A DNA stretch of 64,000 nt from an uncultured Nitrospinota bacterium (GCA_963707985.1 CAVPRW010000037.1:32001-96000); one strand, 5' to 3'; counted from the stretch's first letter, positions 24,110-34,687 are shown. The notes: generated from the letters alone by a model not told the origin. Program-made: numbers and translations.

Positions 24110-25330
24110 GAACAGCGGGAGACGTCGGTGGGTTTGCGCGTCGAAGAGCAGGAGGCCAGCCGGATCAAAGCGCAGACCCACCGCCTCACCGATGGTGATA
24201 GGTGTCTCATATGGGACTCGGGCAGTGACCACCTCTGGAGTGAGGTTGATATAGACGATCTTCATACGTTCGGCGATGCGGGGTTCGAAATGGCTTACCC
24301 GTCCCTGTACCACGCCGCTGTCGCTCAGGGCGGTCAAGTATACATGCTCAGAGCGGACGCCAAGACGTAGTTCTTGTCCAGGCTCCAGGGAATGCCGGTG
24401 ACCGCTAAGGGCGACCTTCAGCTGGCCCTCTCCGACTAACTGCTGCCGGTCTTCTCCATAGCGACATGCGAGCAGACTAATGGGTGGATTCCCCAGAAAT
24501 CCTGCCACAAAGCTATCATGCGGATCAGCATACATCTCCCGGTAGGTTCCGACTTGCACGATCTTCCCTTCACGCATCACGGCGATCCGATCACCCATGG
24601 CGGTCGCTTCTTGTTGATCGTGAGTGACAAACACGGTGGTCACAGAGAACATTGCCAAGAGTTTCTTCACCTCGCGTCTGCTGCGCTCGCGCAAGTGGGC
24701 GTCGAGATTCGAGAATGGCTCGTCGAGTAAGAAAACCGTTGGCTCTCGGCTGAGACAACGTCCAACGGCCACCCGCTGTTGCTCACCGCCTGAGAGGTGA
24801 CGCGGAAAGCGACCGAGCAGAGTACCGACATCAAGCCTTAGGAGCTCTGCTGTTTGTCTAACTTTGGCGTTGATCTCCTGTGTCTGGCGCCGTCGCAAGC
24901 GCCAGAAGAACCCCATGTTGTCCTCCACAGCCATGTGAGGATACAGGGCATAATTCTGAAACACCATGCCAACGCGGCGGTCGCGCGGCGATCGACCATT
25001 CACTGGTTGCCCATCGAAGAAAAGATCCCCGGATTCGGGTTGGACCAGTCCAGCAATCACACGCAAGAGTGTTGATTTCCCACATCCTGATGGCCCAACC
25101 ACGCTCAATGTCTCGCCGTGCATGATCGTCAGGGACAGATCATCCAGGACGATAGCACCCGCAGGTTTGGCTGGCCCCGGAGAAGAGTTACGTGGCCGGC
25201 TAGGAGGACGAACACTGGTCCTCTGTTCCCTGAAGCGCAACTGGGGCGCATGCAGGGTCATCTCTGCACGAGTTTGATAGTGAAGGGGATCAAAACGGGT
25301 CGTCACATGGTTCAGACGCACCATCACCAT
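24098..25330 (-). CDS. MalK/PotA-like ABC ATP-binding protein with TOBE domain
   Basis: GPSGCGKST, VFQNYALYPHM, LSGGEQQR, LLDEP, VTHDQ. Confidence 0.92.
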   Translation of the reverse strand: MVMVRLNHVTTRFDPLHYQTRAEMTLHAPQLRFREQRTSVRPPSRPRNSSPGPAKPAGAIVLDDLSLTIMHGETLSVVGPSGCGKSTLLRVIAGLVQPESGDLFFDGQPVNGRSPRDRRVGMVFQNYALYPHMAVEDNMGFFWRLRRRQTQEINAKVRQTAELLRLDVGTLLGRFPRHLSGGEQQRVAVGRCLSREPTVFLLDEPFSNLDAHLRERSRREVKKLLAMFSVTTVFVTHDQQEATAMGDRIAVMREGKIVQVGTYREMYADPHDSFVAGFLGNPPISLLACRYGEDRQQLVGEGQLKVALSGHRHSLEPGQELRLGVRSEHVYLTALSDSGVVQGRVSHFEPRIAERMKIVYINLTPEVVTARVPYETPITIGEAVGLRFDPAGLLLFDAQTHRRLPLFSPS

Positions 25331-25773
25331 AATCCAAAGCTCCCGAGCGCGCTCCGCAGGTTACAGACCTGCTTGCCAGATAAGAGGGACCCCCGTTCAT
25401 TGGTTGCGGACGACCTACGATCCAGACAACTCCCCGTTGTAACCCCGCTGTGCCCAGCACATGAAAGATGTGATCGCCAGGCAGGGGGTTTCCCAAACGG
25501 TCGGGGAACCGTCCGCTCCGACAGCAAGCATACGGAGGCGAAAGCCCGCTGTCAAATCCCGATGCGACGGCGGGACACTGCTTACTTTTTCGTGCAAAAC
25601 CTGCTAAAGTCGCCTCTGGCGTTCGTCATTTACGAGAGCGATCTAGTCCCCAGGCAACTCTCGGGCGACACGCCCCTTCGACCCCCTTGATGGCCATATC
25701 GTGCAGCGCATAGCACCTGTCCATCGGGAACTTGCCGAAAGTCGAAGGCGGTCAGTACCACGCGGAGCCCAGT

Positions 25774-25950
25774 ATGCTCGAGGAGACAATGTTGGTCCTG
25801 GACGGGACGGTCCGGGTGCACAGGGGACGAGCGCTACACGGTTGGGCCCCAGCATACTGTGATCATTCCCGCTGAGACACCCCACGCCTGGGGAAATGCC
25901 GGCCCAGATGTGGCCAGGCTGTTGTGGGCTTTCGGTGACCCTGCCCCATT
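25774..25950 (+). pseudogene. Cupin-domain remnant (frameshifted)
   Basis: EETMLVLDGTVRV, then after a frame change ERYTVGPQHTVIIPAETPHAWGNAG (cupin motif 2). Confidence 0.6.
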
Positions 25951-26208
25951 GCTGGATTCGACATACCTTGAGGGCGCGCCCCCCGCCTCTACGACTCTTT
26001 CATCTAGACAGCCGGCATGAACTTCTGTGGAAAACCTCCTGTGAGACCCCCCCAGAGTCTGTGCCTCGTGTCCACCGTTTTTTTACACCCCGGCGGCATG
26101 CTGAGCCGTACACTGGATTGCCATGAGCCAAAAACGCTTGCATAAACTGTGTGCCGAAATGCCCTCTTAGAAGGAATTATCAGCCCCAGGGGAAAATCGA
26201 CAGGGGTC

Positions 26209-26237
26209 TTGACACGGGTCATCAAGCGCTATACATT
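26209..26237 (+). promoter_or_regulatory. Putative sigma70 promoter
   Basis: TTGACA-N17-TACATT. Confidence 0.4.
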
Positions 26238-26955
26238 TATCCATGACAGGAGAAGAGGCGCCACCTCCTGTCGTGGCCGTAACCAAGAAGGAGACATGCG
26301 ATGGATACGCCACCGGGCATAGCGGCGCGCCATCGGGCTATGACTTAGGTCGTTCTGCCCGATGGCGCAGGTAGGGTGTCGTATAACGCAGATGTCCTGA
26401 CGCATGTTAGGACGTGCGCAGATTAGCATTGTGCAACATGCGTGAAAGTCCGTGGGCGGTGTTTGGGTTCCGTCCCTGAGCTTTTTTGGGTATTTAAGCC
26501 TGCCGAAATCTGACCGCCACAGTTGTCTCATATGTAGTGAACCCCCCCTACAAGAGATTCACCTCTCCGGGGTCCCGTCCGGAATCAAAGGCAAGGGGAG
26601 TCTCGTGCTCAGGCTACCCTAGAGCTATATCGAGCCAGTCCCTCCTTCTGGGAGTCATCGTGAACCAGAGTGGAGGGCTGCAAGCCCTGCCTTCCTGCAG
26701 GCACCCGAGCTAGTCTACCCCGAGCTAAGCAGCCATATGTGACGTCATCGGCCAAAATCGCCGACTTGACATATGACCACGACAGGATACGATGTGATGA
26801 TCGAGCTGGCGCACAAGGCCTGTGATGTCTCCCCCGAGCAGCCATTACTCCCAAGCAGAGGGCAGCCATGCACACCATCAGTGTCTCACCGATCTTCTAC
26901 TGAGAGCTACCGTAGAGGTGGGAACCCCATCTAGGCGGCGACACTTCATCGCCGC

Positions 26956-28260
26956 CTAGATGGGGTCGCTCAGGTGAGTTTCTTCCCGCTCAACGGCTTC
27001 GATGCAGTCTGCGTCGATCCCCGCGGCGAGTATCTCCCCCGCCAAGGACGGTGCCCTGTGTTGCAGCTCATCCAGGATGTCCACAAGACCTTTTAGAAAC
27101 CCACGAGGGACCACTGTGAATTTTTCACCGAAGCGTGCTGCAGTTTTCTCGATCAACCGCTTCAGCATGTCATCGGGGAGACATTCGAGGGCATCCCACT
27201 CATGGGCAATCCCGTGCACTTCCCGTACTCTAAGCGCCACCTCATGCAACGTGACGCGATCAAATCCTGCGAGCGCCATGAGCGGTTGCCGGAAATCAGT
27301 CGTCCGGCTCCCGGCCCAGTCCGACTTCAAACGAGCATAAAGTGCCGGATACGAGGGCACGCCACGGAGCCTATCGTTGTAGAGGTCCTCAGTACCCGCC
27401 AACATAATGCCACAGTGTGCAAGCTCACGCTGCGTGGTTTTTTCCATTAGAATGCGGATATTCTCATAGGCCGCGTTCCGGATTTCAGGGCTGGAAATAC
27501 TTTGAATCGACTCCGCTTCATCAAAGATGACGATGAGACCAGAGTAGCCGATATGCACGACAAGCGCCGTCATAGCCTGTAGAAAATTGAAGGCGTTATC
27601 GTTATCGACACGCCCACGGATATCCAATTCCTTGCGAACCTCATCAGGGATATTCGCGTCTCCCTTCAGCCAGCCGACTGACGCTGTAGCCATGGCCTCA
27701 TTCCCTTGCCGTGAGGCCTCATAATAGCTGCGCACCGCGTTGGTAAAGGACCGATCATAGATCCGGAGCTTGGCAAGCTGTTCGCTGATGCGTTGCACGA
27801 TGATCCTGGCCACCTCACCCCGCTGCGCGGGATGCAATGGATTCAACCCCATTGAGCGTTGGACGTCTTTTTCCAGGATGAAGAGCCATTCCTGTATGAT
27901 GAATTCGAAGGCGGGTACTTCCCGAAAATGGACTGTGCGCATAGCCTCCATAATGCGATGATAGATGACGTCGAAGCGGTGTAGCGGTGCGTCACGCCCC
28001 AACTCAACGGCGGCAACGATGAAACCCCGGTGCCAGGCTTGCTCACGAACAAGGCTGCAGAAGAACGTCTTGCCCGCACTGTAGTGGCCGCTCAAGCATC
28101 TGACCCAGGCCCCGCCATTCTGACTAAGTTCTAGGTCAGCCCGCAGGTTTCTGACTTCATTTTCCCTGCCAACAGCAATGCGATCCAGGCCACGGGTTGG
28201 GACGAGGCCGCTTCTCAGCGCACGAACGATGTGTTGGCAGATGAATTGGTTCATATCCAT
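26956..28260 (-). CDS. DUF2791 / BrxD-like P-loop ATPase
   Basis: ALRSGLVP..GL..IAVGRENE, Walker A-like GHYSAGKT, Walker B IVIFDE, YPALYARL, PRGFLKGLVDILD. Confidence 0.88.
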   Translation of the reverse strand: MDMNQFICQHIVRALRSGLVPTRGLDRIAVGRENEVRNLRADLELSQNGGAWVRCLSGHYSAGKTFFCSLVREQAWHRGFIVAAVELGRDAPLHRFDVIYHRIMEAMRTVHFREVPAFEFIIQEWLFILEKDVQRSMGLNPLHPAQRGEVARIIVQRISEQLAKLRIYDRSFTNAVRSYYEASRQGNEAMATASVGWLKGDANIPDEVRKELDIRGRVDNDNAFNFLQAMTALVVHIGYSGLIVIFDEAESIQSISSPEIRNAAYENIRILMEKTTQRELAHCGIMLAGTEDLYNDRLRGVPSYPALYARLKSDWAGSRTTDFRQPLMALAGFDRVTLHEVALRVREVHGIAHEWDALECLPDDMLKRLIEKTAARFGEKFTVVPRGFLKGLVDILDELQHRAPSLAGEILAAGIDADCIEAVEREETHLSDPI

Positions 28261-28322
28261 GATCGTACTCCAGCCTTAGCAAGAGGCAAGATGTTTGCTC
28301 CGCGGTGCAGGGTTTTGCGGTC

Positions 28323-29453
28323 TCATCCTCTCTCCACTCGTGGGATACTTGGTTTCGGTACTGCATCGGATCGGAGCCGATAGCAATATCGGCCCTGAAC
28401 ATAACTCACGTCCACCCAAGGCAGCCCGAGAGTTCCGGTCTTCCGAACGATGTCTCCGATAATCGCCTTGATGAGCACACCTGTATAGCCCTTTTCGGCG
28501 AGCAGTTTCCCAAGCTCTGCTTCTTGAACCTCGGGCCGATCAGATAGTGCCTTCAGCACAATATCCTCGGTGGGTGAAAACTCGATCCCCGGTGGTGCAG
28601 ACTTCCCGGCCAGAGCAGCGCCTGTCACAGGCTCTCCTATTGCAGCGCTGTCGCTCCTACGCCCCATCATACCTCCGGTGTAAATCTCCTCGACGATATC
28701 GAGGAGCTGCCCCACTTCCTGCACCGCCCACCGTAGCTGTCTAGCAGCTCGCAGCTGGAGGGCGATCGAAAGCACCAGTACTATAGTCAGGGCGATTATG
28801 ATATAGGACGCTAGCCCCTGGTGGGTGGAGTGCGATATAGCACTAATCCAGGCTGTCCATCTCATTTGGGTTAGAACGAGCAGCTCTTTGACAAGTGATG
28901 CTAAAGAGGCTTCTGCCTCTGGCTCCTCCAGAGTGTTCTCTGGTGGAGATTCGACCAATACCTCGGGTGTGGCAGGCGCTGCGGGGACAGGTTTCGGAAG
29001 GTGCGACGGTTCAACCACCCCGGGTGTTTCACTCGAGCTCTGGCTCGGCTCCTGCTCGATGAGTACCAAAGGTTTGTAAATCCAGGCCTCGACTCCCTCC
29101 TCGCTTCTTACCTGAAGCCAACGCCCAGACTCCAGCAAAATCTTGACACGCGTCCCCTCTTTTGCAACAGCCAGAATCTCGCTGTTTATGGAAGGGGAAG
29201 CGCGTAGGTTAGAAATTAGAGTGACAATGCCCTGTCTCAATGATCCCGGCGAAGCCTCAGGTGGGTAAGTAGGGGCTGGGCTGGTCGTCTCTGCTACAGT
29301 TTGCCAGGGCAGGATCATAACTAGGAGGGCGATCATCAGCGCCCATGCCCAAACGCTAGCCGCTGCACATGCCTGTGAGGCTGTCTGCCTCAGTACAACG
29401 TAGAGCCTCTTCGGACCTCTAAACCCTACACTAGGCCGCATACCCATCAGCAT
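28323..29453 (-). CDS. Membrane-anchored SH3-domain protein with C-terminal helical (TerB-C/wHTH-like) domain
   Basis: Hydrophobic N-terminal segment; NLRASPS...ILAVAKEGTRV...WLQV..EGVEAWI SH3; Pro/Glu linker; TM YIIIALTIVLVLSIAL. Confidence 0.75.
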   Translation of the reverse strand: MLMGMRPSVGFRGPKRLYVVLRQTASQACAAASVWAWALMIALLVMILPWQTVAETTSPAPTYPPEASPGSLRQGIVTLISNLRASPSINSEILAVAKEGTRVKILLESGRWLQVRSEEGVEAWIYKPLVLIEQEPSQSSSETPGVVEPSHLPKPVPAAPATPEVLVESPPENTLEEPEAEASLASLVKELLVLTQMRWTAWISAISHSTHQGLASYIIIALTIVLVLSIALQLRAARQLRWAVQEVGQLLDIVEEIYTGGMMGRRSDSAAIGEPVTGAALAGKSAPPGIEFSPTEDIVLKALSDRPEVQEAELGKLLAEKGYTGVLIKAIIGDIVRKTGTLGLPWVDVSYVQGRYCYRLRSDAVPKPSIPRVERG

Positions 29454-29854
29454 CCCCTCACCACTTTGCGCCGATCCGATGATTTATCATCGAAGATGAT
29501 ATTACATGTTTTTAAATCATAAAATACTAAATCTATAATTTCTATTCCAAAATTTTCTACATCGTCGCGTTGATCCTGTATGACGCTGTCCTAGTTCCCT
29601 CGACCAGGAATGACGTCCCACGGTATCCCGCCTGCGAGATTGCGCCCACAGTATGGGAGCATGGACGACCAAACCGCCTCTGCTGCTTCGCGTGCTCCTA
29701 AATCCCTGTCAGGTTACGTGAGCTTGACTACACCAGGGACTGGAGAGAAAGGTGTTCTCGTAGCGGGGTAATTCTGTGATATACTGATATCTTGGGAGAA
29801 AGCGTCGAATGGAACAGAGCGCAAACATCCTGAAGGCATCTAAAGGGGAGGCGT

Positions 29855-30028
29855 ATGCAAACGATCGAGGTGAGTGAAGAAGTCTACTCGTGGCTCGTTG
29901 AGCACAGGGATTACCTCGAGTCCGAGGGACAGCAGCACATCACCTTTGATGACGTGATCCGCGACCTCTATGAGAAATTTCACCAGGCGGTTCAGGAGCT
30001 GGATCGCGAGCGAACCCTCGGTGCATAA
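29855..30028 (+). CDS. 57-aa antitoxin/RHH-like protein (absent from ORF track)
   Basis: GGGGAGG RBS; MQTIEVSEEVYSWLVEHRDYLESEGQQHITFDDVIRDLYEKFHQAVQELDRERTLGA. Confidence 0.7.
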   Translation: MQTIEVSEEVYSWLVEHRDYLESEGQQHITFDDVIRDLYEKFHQAVQELDRERTLGA

Positions 30029-31488
30029 CCCAGTATATAATCTTAAAGCGTCCCGCTCTGTCACTGGAGAGGATAGAGGCGGGCCCCATTTGCCGCAGGA
30101 GTTCCGGCACATGTGCGCTCAGTGATACTATCCAAAGGCGCCACTGGACCGGTGTGAGCGATTCCGTTGGTCTGGTGAAGGCTGATGTACAAGAGAATAC
30201 AGCCCCCTCTAGTACATCACTTCCGTGATTTTCAAGGCTCAGAGTGCGACGCACCCTAAATATGCCCCTAATGGAGGGCGAGCCCGATTCGGGGAACCTA
30301 AGCGTCCTGATCTGTCTCTCTTCAGGGAACGGAAGAGTAGCTGATATAAGAGACGGAGGCTCTGCAGGCGCCCCTTTGAGACCGGATAAGGTTCGCCGTA
30401 TGTTGGGGTTGGGGTTCCCGTTTACTGGAAGCGTCTCTGCAGAGTATGAACGAGATGGTGTGCAAATCCAACGCGGACTCTTGGCAATCGTTTGCTGATT
30501 GGTAGACGCACGGGACTCAAAAATCCGTGCGAAGGAGGTTCGGTCAACCCACATCTGGCAGTCGAATGCCGTACCTCCCAAGGCAAGTGATAGCTCTAAA
30601 TCGCTCTTTGCTTCTCTTGCCAAAGTCGATCTAGACTTTTTCTCCGACCTGCCGACGGTGTCCATTGCTGTACACCATGGCAAATGACTCCCACTGGCGG
30701 TTGCATTTGCCTCAGATCTCGCAATCCCCTCCCAGGACTGGCTCAACCTCTCAGAGAGTCCTCGAAAGAACAGGCCCTACACACATGGGTGCCGGTCGCC
30801 GCGCAGGCGGCTCGCCTCACCGCTGATGATCCACTCCTGGCTATTCGGTCCTCCCTCTGGTCATGGCAAGGAGTCCTACAATGCCACCTCTCCTGTCTAT
30901 ATATGCACCTCCCCCTACCTTACCATGATGCGGTACTTACCATGACCGTGGGCTGGTGAAAATCAGCCATCTGTCGGCTAGATTGGCAGTGGTGGCGTTG
31001 ACCTCCGCCACCGGGATACACAACAGCACCGTGGAGAGTACTGTGGATTCCTTAAACCACGAGCTCCTGGTGTAGCGATCTGGTGTAGCGATTGAGAAAT
31101 TGATTGTTCTGAACAACGTCCCCCGCCTGATGGTTCGGGCCGGACAGGAGGTCGGGTGCAGGACATCTGCGGCCTTGAGCGTTGGCGGCCTCTCCCCGCA
31201 TGGCTGCTTGATTCCCAGCGCAGCTGAGATGCCTCCGTACGCGGCCGAATGGCCGCCCATCAGCACATTGAGCGCCATGGCGGCGAGCGTCAGCACTGTC
31301 TTTGACCATCAGGATCATAGCAGTGTATAGTATGGCGTCGCATGCCTTATACCCATGCGACTCGACCGTATGAGGCGGCGTTACCCAAGGGTTCGCATCG
31401 TTCCGGAATTGTCGGCCGTATCAGCCCTGGAGTGCGTGATGCCTATGATGAGTGACATGGCGAAGCTGACAGCTGCGAAGGAGAGAGT

Positions 31489-31797
31489 ATGGTAGAAGCA
31501 CGGTCTTCCGTATACGACCATTTTCCCCAACTCGGGCGACTACGCGACGATGTGTTGTTCGGTGACGTGTGGGAACAACCGGAGTTATCCAAACGAGATC
31601 GCAGTCTGATCACTGTCGCGACCTTAACAGCACTTTACCGGACAGATGAGTTGCGGGGGCATATCCGGCGGGCATTGCAAAACGGTGTGACCAAAGACGA
31701 AATTCGCGGGCTTGTGACGCATCTGGCGTTCTATGCTGGATGGCCGACAGCCGTGAACGCGGCTCGGGTGGCACTGGAGGTGTTTGAGGAACGCTGA
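31489..31797 (+). CDS. Carboxymuconolactone decarboxylase family protein
   Basis: LFGDVW, LSKRDRSLIT, HLAFYAGWP. Confidence 0.92.
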   Translation: MVEARSSVYDHFPQLGRLRDDVLFGDVWEQPELSKRDRSLITVATLTALYRTDELRGHIRRALQNGVTKDEIRGLVTHLAFYAGWPTAVNAARVALEVFEER

Positions 31798-31926
31798 CCA
31801 GGATCAGGAACAGATGGTCGCGAGGCAATTCAATAACATGTGCGGCCCTGTGCAGAGCGGCTCTCGTCAAGGACCTCGCAATCTTGGCGAGCCCCGCTCT
31901 GTCGAGGTTCATGGGCGCGCGGAAGA

Positions 31927-32337
31927 CTAGGACACCTCTGAGCCCACAGGGGCGCCGGACTCCCGACGGGCATAACTGATGGTCAGCACCTCCCAGTTGT
32001 GTCCATCGTCGTCGGTCCAGTAGAAGTTACGCCCGCCCATACGTGTGTTGAGCGTCATATCGTCGGGACCGCGCGGTGAGCTGCGGTACTTGATGCCGGC
32101 TGCCTGTACGCGAGCGAGGATCTGGTCGAATTCCCCATCGCTGACGTGAAAGCAGTAGTGATGACTGGCGAACTGCTCACGCTTGTCGAAGTCCAGGGTG
32201 AGAGTCTCGTTTACGTAGACCGGTGTAAAGTGGCCCCGCGCTTCCTCCCATGGGGTGCCTAACAGGGTCGCGAGGGACCGGGCCGACGCAACGGGGTCCT
32301 GCGAGGGCACGATGAGATGATCCAGTAGGATAGCCAT
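31927..32337 (-). CDS. VOC/glyoxalase family protein
   Basis: LDHLIVPS, HYCFHVS, GGRNFYW.D.DGHNWEVLT. Confidence 0.9.
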   Translation of the reverse strand: MAILLDHLIVPSQDPVASARSLATLLGTPWEEARGHFTPVYVNETLTLDFDKREQFASHHYCFHVSDGEFDQILARVQAAGIKYRSSPRGPDDMTLNTRMGGRNFYWTDDDGHNWEVLTISYARRESGAPVGSEVS

Positions 32338-32736
32338 TGGACGCCTCCTATGGCTGTTGCCAACGGGTATACCTCAGAAGTCTCCGCACATGTTCAATGT
32401 ACTCCTATTATATCGCTGTTCTCCAGGAAGATAAACGCCCTTTTGTCCGTGCACCAGACGCTTCGCTAGCATCCGTGATCGCCTGCCTTAGGCCCACATG
32501 GTTCGTCATCTCCTGCACGGAGTGAGACGGATGGGCGCGCGGCTGCGGAGTGGAAAAGGCTTATTTCGGATCGTTGACACCTCGCACAGCCCCCGGTACA
32601 CTCTCGCAGACAATCGTTCAGCGCGGCCCATGTGACTCGCACAGATGCGCCAGAGGTCAAAAAGAGGGGAGAGACACCATGAAAAGCCAGGTTTCAGCTA
32701 TTGGCGTTGATTCTCGGCTCGAGCATGGAGGCGACC

Positions 32737-33555
32737 ATGGGTGACAAGCCCCATACTCAAGCGATTCATGACTACTGGGGCCGAGACGGTCTCGGGCAGG
32801 CGATCCTCGCTGTACTTACCGCATCGGGCAGGAACCTCAATGCCCTGACGATCGACGATCTCGCGCCATTGGATCAGTTTCACGGCGGCGGCAAAGCAGC
32901 GACCGTGCGACTCGCCCGCCTCGCCGGATTGCAGCCTGGGATGCAGGTGCTGGACGTGGGCGGCGGTCTGGGCGGGCCAGCACGGACGCTGGTAACCGAG
33001 TTCGGCTGTCACGTCATTGTGGTCGATCTGACGGAGTCATATGTGCGAGCAGCGCAGGTCCTCACCGCACGGCTGGGGCTCGACGACCGCGTGACGCACC
33101 ACGTCGGCAATGCCCTGGAGCTGCCATTCGAGAATGGCGTATTTGATGTGGTGTGGACCCAGAACAGCGGTATGAATATCGCTGCCAAAGACCGGCTATA
33201 TGCGGGCTTTCAACGTGTACTGCGCCCCGGAGGATTGTTGGCGCTCCAAGAACCCATGGCTGGGCCGGTGCAGCCACCCATCTTCCCTGTCATGTGGGCG
33301 CGTGACCCAGCGACCAGCTTCCTGCGCATGCCCACGGAAATGCGTGCATTGATTGAGGCTGCCGGCTTCCAGGCGCGTGCCTGGGAGGATGTGACGCTCG
33401 AGATAGCTGGATCTGGGTCCGACGCCGCAGTCCCGACCGACACCATCCAATCGCTGGTGATGGGCGACGCTCTGAGCACTATCACCCGCACTGGTCGCCG
33501 CAATCGCGACGAGGGCCGCATCGTGATGGTGCAAGCAGTGTTTGATCGATCATAG
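32737..33555 (+). CDS. Class I SAM-dependent methyltransferase
   Basis: DQFHGGG, VLDVGGGLGGPAR, GNALELPF, RVLRPGG. Confidence 0.92.
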   Translation: MGDKPHTQAIHDYWGRDGLGQAILAVLTASGRNLNALTIDDLAPLDQFHGGGKAATVRLARLAGLQPGMQVLDVGGGLGGPARTLVTEFGCHVIVVDLTESYVRAAQVLTARLGLDDRVTHHVGNALELPFENGVFDVVWTQNSGMNIAAKDRLYAGFQRVLRPGGLLALQEPMAGPVQPPIFPVMWARDPATSFLRMPTEMRALIEAAGFQARAWEDVTLEIAGSGSDAAVPTDTIQSLVMGDALSTITRTGRRNRDEGRIVMVQAVFDRS

Positions 33556-33900
33556 CCAATGCTTCGACACCGAGCGTACCCCTGCCTTGGCCCTTGATGG
33601 GGGCAAGTACGACGCTGGTGGAGTGTACCGCCCCGCTTGGAAAGGTAGCTGAGGGTGGAGCCGCCCGCCCGCTGCCAGGCTAGAGGCTGGCTTCTTCTCT
33701 TGCCGATAGGGCACTCCAAATGGTAAGCTAGGCCCCTAACCATGTAGGATCAGGCACCCCGGCCGATCAGGCAATCAGTGGGAGGCATATGATGGGCGAA
33801 ATGGTTCTGGAAAGAGTGGGCCTCTTGGTCGACGGCATGAGACGTCTCCTCTTATCCAGACCAGCATTTCCGCATCGCCCCTTGGTCAAGCTGGCATGAT

Positions 33901-34215
33901 ATGGAGTATCGGCGTATGAATGTGATGCGGCCCCCTGAGGAGCAATTTCCAGCCCAAGATCAAGATTTACACCAGCGATTACCGGTCGAAGAGATCGTCG
34001 AGCAAGTGAACGCGATTCTTCGAGCGCACGGACTCGAGGCTCAACTCACCAGCTTTAGCGTCATGCACAGGCGCTTCGCCGACTGTACCTGCCCAGAGCC
34101 TTCGGCGGTGGTAAGTTTGCAGGGGTTTGGACGCGCCATGTCGCGCGTTGAGGTCGAATGCTACGATCCCTGTGTGAAGCTCGGGTGCTCCTCGCAAGAG
34201 CCAATGCATCGGTGA
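33901..34215 (+). CDS. Hypothetical Cys-containing protein
   Basis: 104-aa ORF closely followed by the next ORF. Confidence 0.5.
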   Translation: MEYRRMNVMRPPEEQFPAQDQDLHQRLPVEEIVEQVNAILRAHGLEAQLTSFSVMHRRFADCTCPEPSAVVSLQGFGRAMSRVEVECYDPCVKLGCSSQEPMHR

Positions 34216-34224
34216 GGGGAAGCG

Positions 34225-34575
34225 ATGGAGGAAACATTCGTCGAGGTGCGCGAGCGGGTGTTACGCCGCGTGGCAGCGGAGGTGGAGACGCAACTGATCC
34301 AGGCGCGTACAGCAATCGAGGAAGCCTTCTTCTGTGGGGAATTGCGCGGTATTGCAGATACGTGGGAACTGGAGGCCGTGGACGATTTTTCGCTGTTGCT
34401 TGAAGACCTGGGCCACATCGAGCTCTGCCGCCCAGACCTCGACAGCGACTTGACGTTTGTCGATCCACGCCTTCGCATCCCCGATGCGCTGCCCGAGCGC
34501 ACCGCCTATTATCAGGGACGTCGCAAGATTCTCGACCGCGTACATCGGGAGATCTCCGCGCGCTTGGCCACTTAG
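34225..34575 (+). CDS. Hypothetical protein
   Basis: 116-aa ORF with GAGGGG RBS and helical composition. Confidence 0.65.
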   Translation: MEETFVEVRERVLRRVAAEVETQLIQARTAIEEAFFCGELRGIADTWELEAVDDFSLLLEDLGHIELCRPDLDSDLTFVDPRLRIPDALPERTAYYQGRRKILDRVHREISARLAT

Positions 34576-34660
34576 CGCTGGTCAAACTCGCATCACGGAG
34601 ATGCCGGTCGCATCGAGCCGTTCTTCTCCATTCCCACGGGGAGGGCGATATCTCTGATGT

Positions 34661-34687
34661 CCCTTTCCCTCCGGGAGAGGGTGAGGG
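34661..34687. repeat. REP-like palindrome
   Basis: CCCTTTCCC-TCC-GGGAGAGGG followed by TGAGGG. Confidence 0.45.

Noticed and set aside
26020..26245. DnaA-box-like words (TGTGGAAAA, TTATCCATG) as an origin
   Set aside because: Only two imperfect matches and no dnaA or rep context.
26956..28260. A BREX system
   Set aside because: No pglZ, pglX, brxC or helicase in the window.
29940..30746. 268-aa minus-strand ORF
   Set aside because: No recognisable motif, and it overlaps the better-supported 29855 gene; cannot be supported or excluded.
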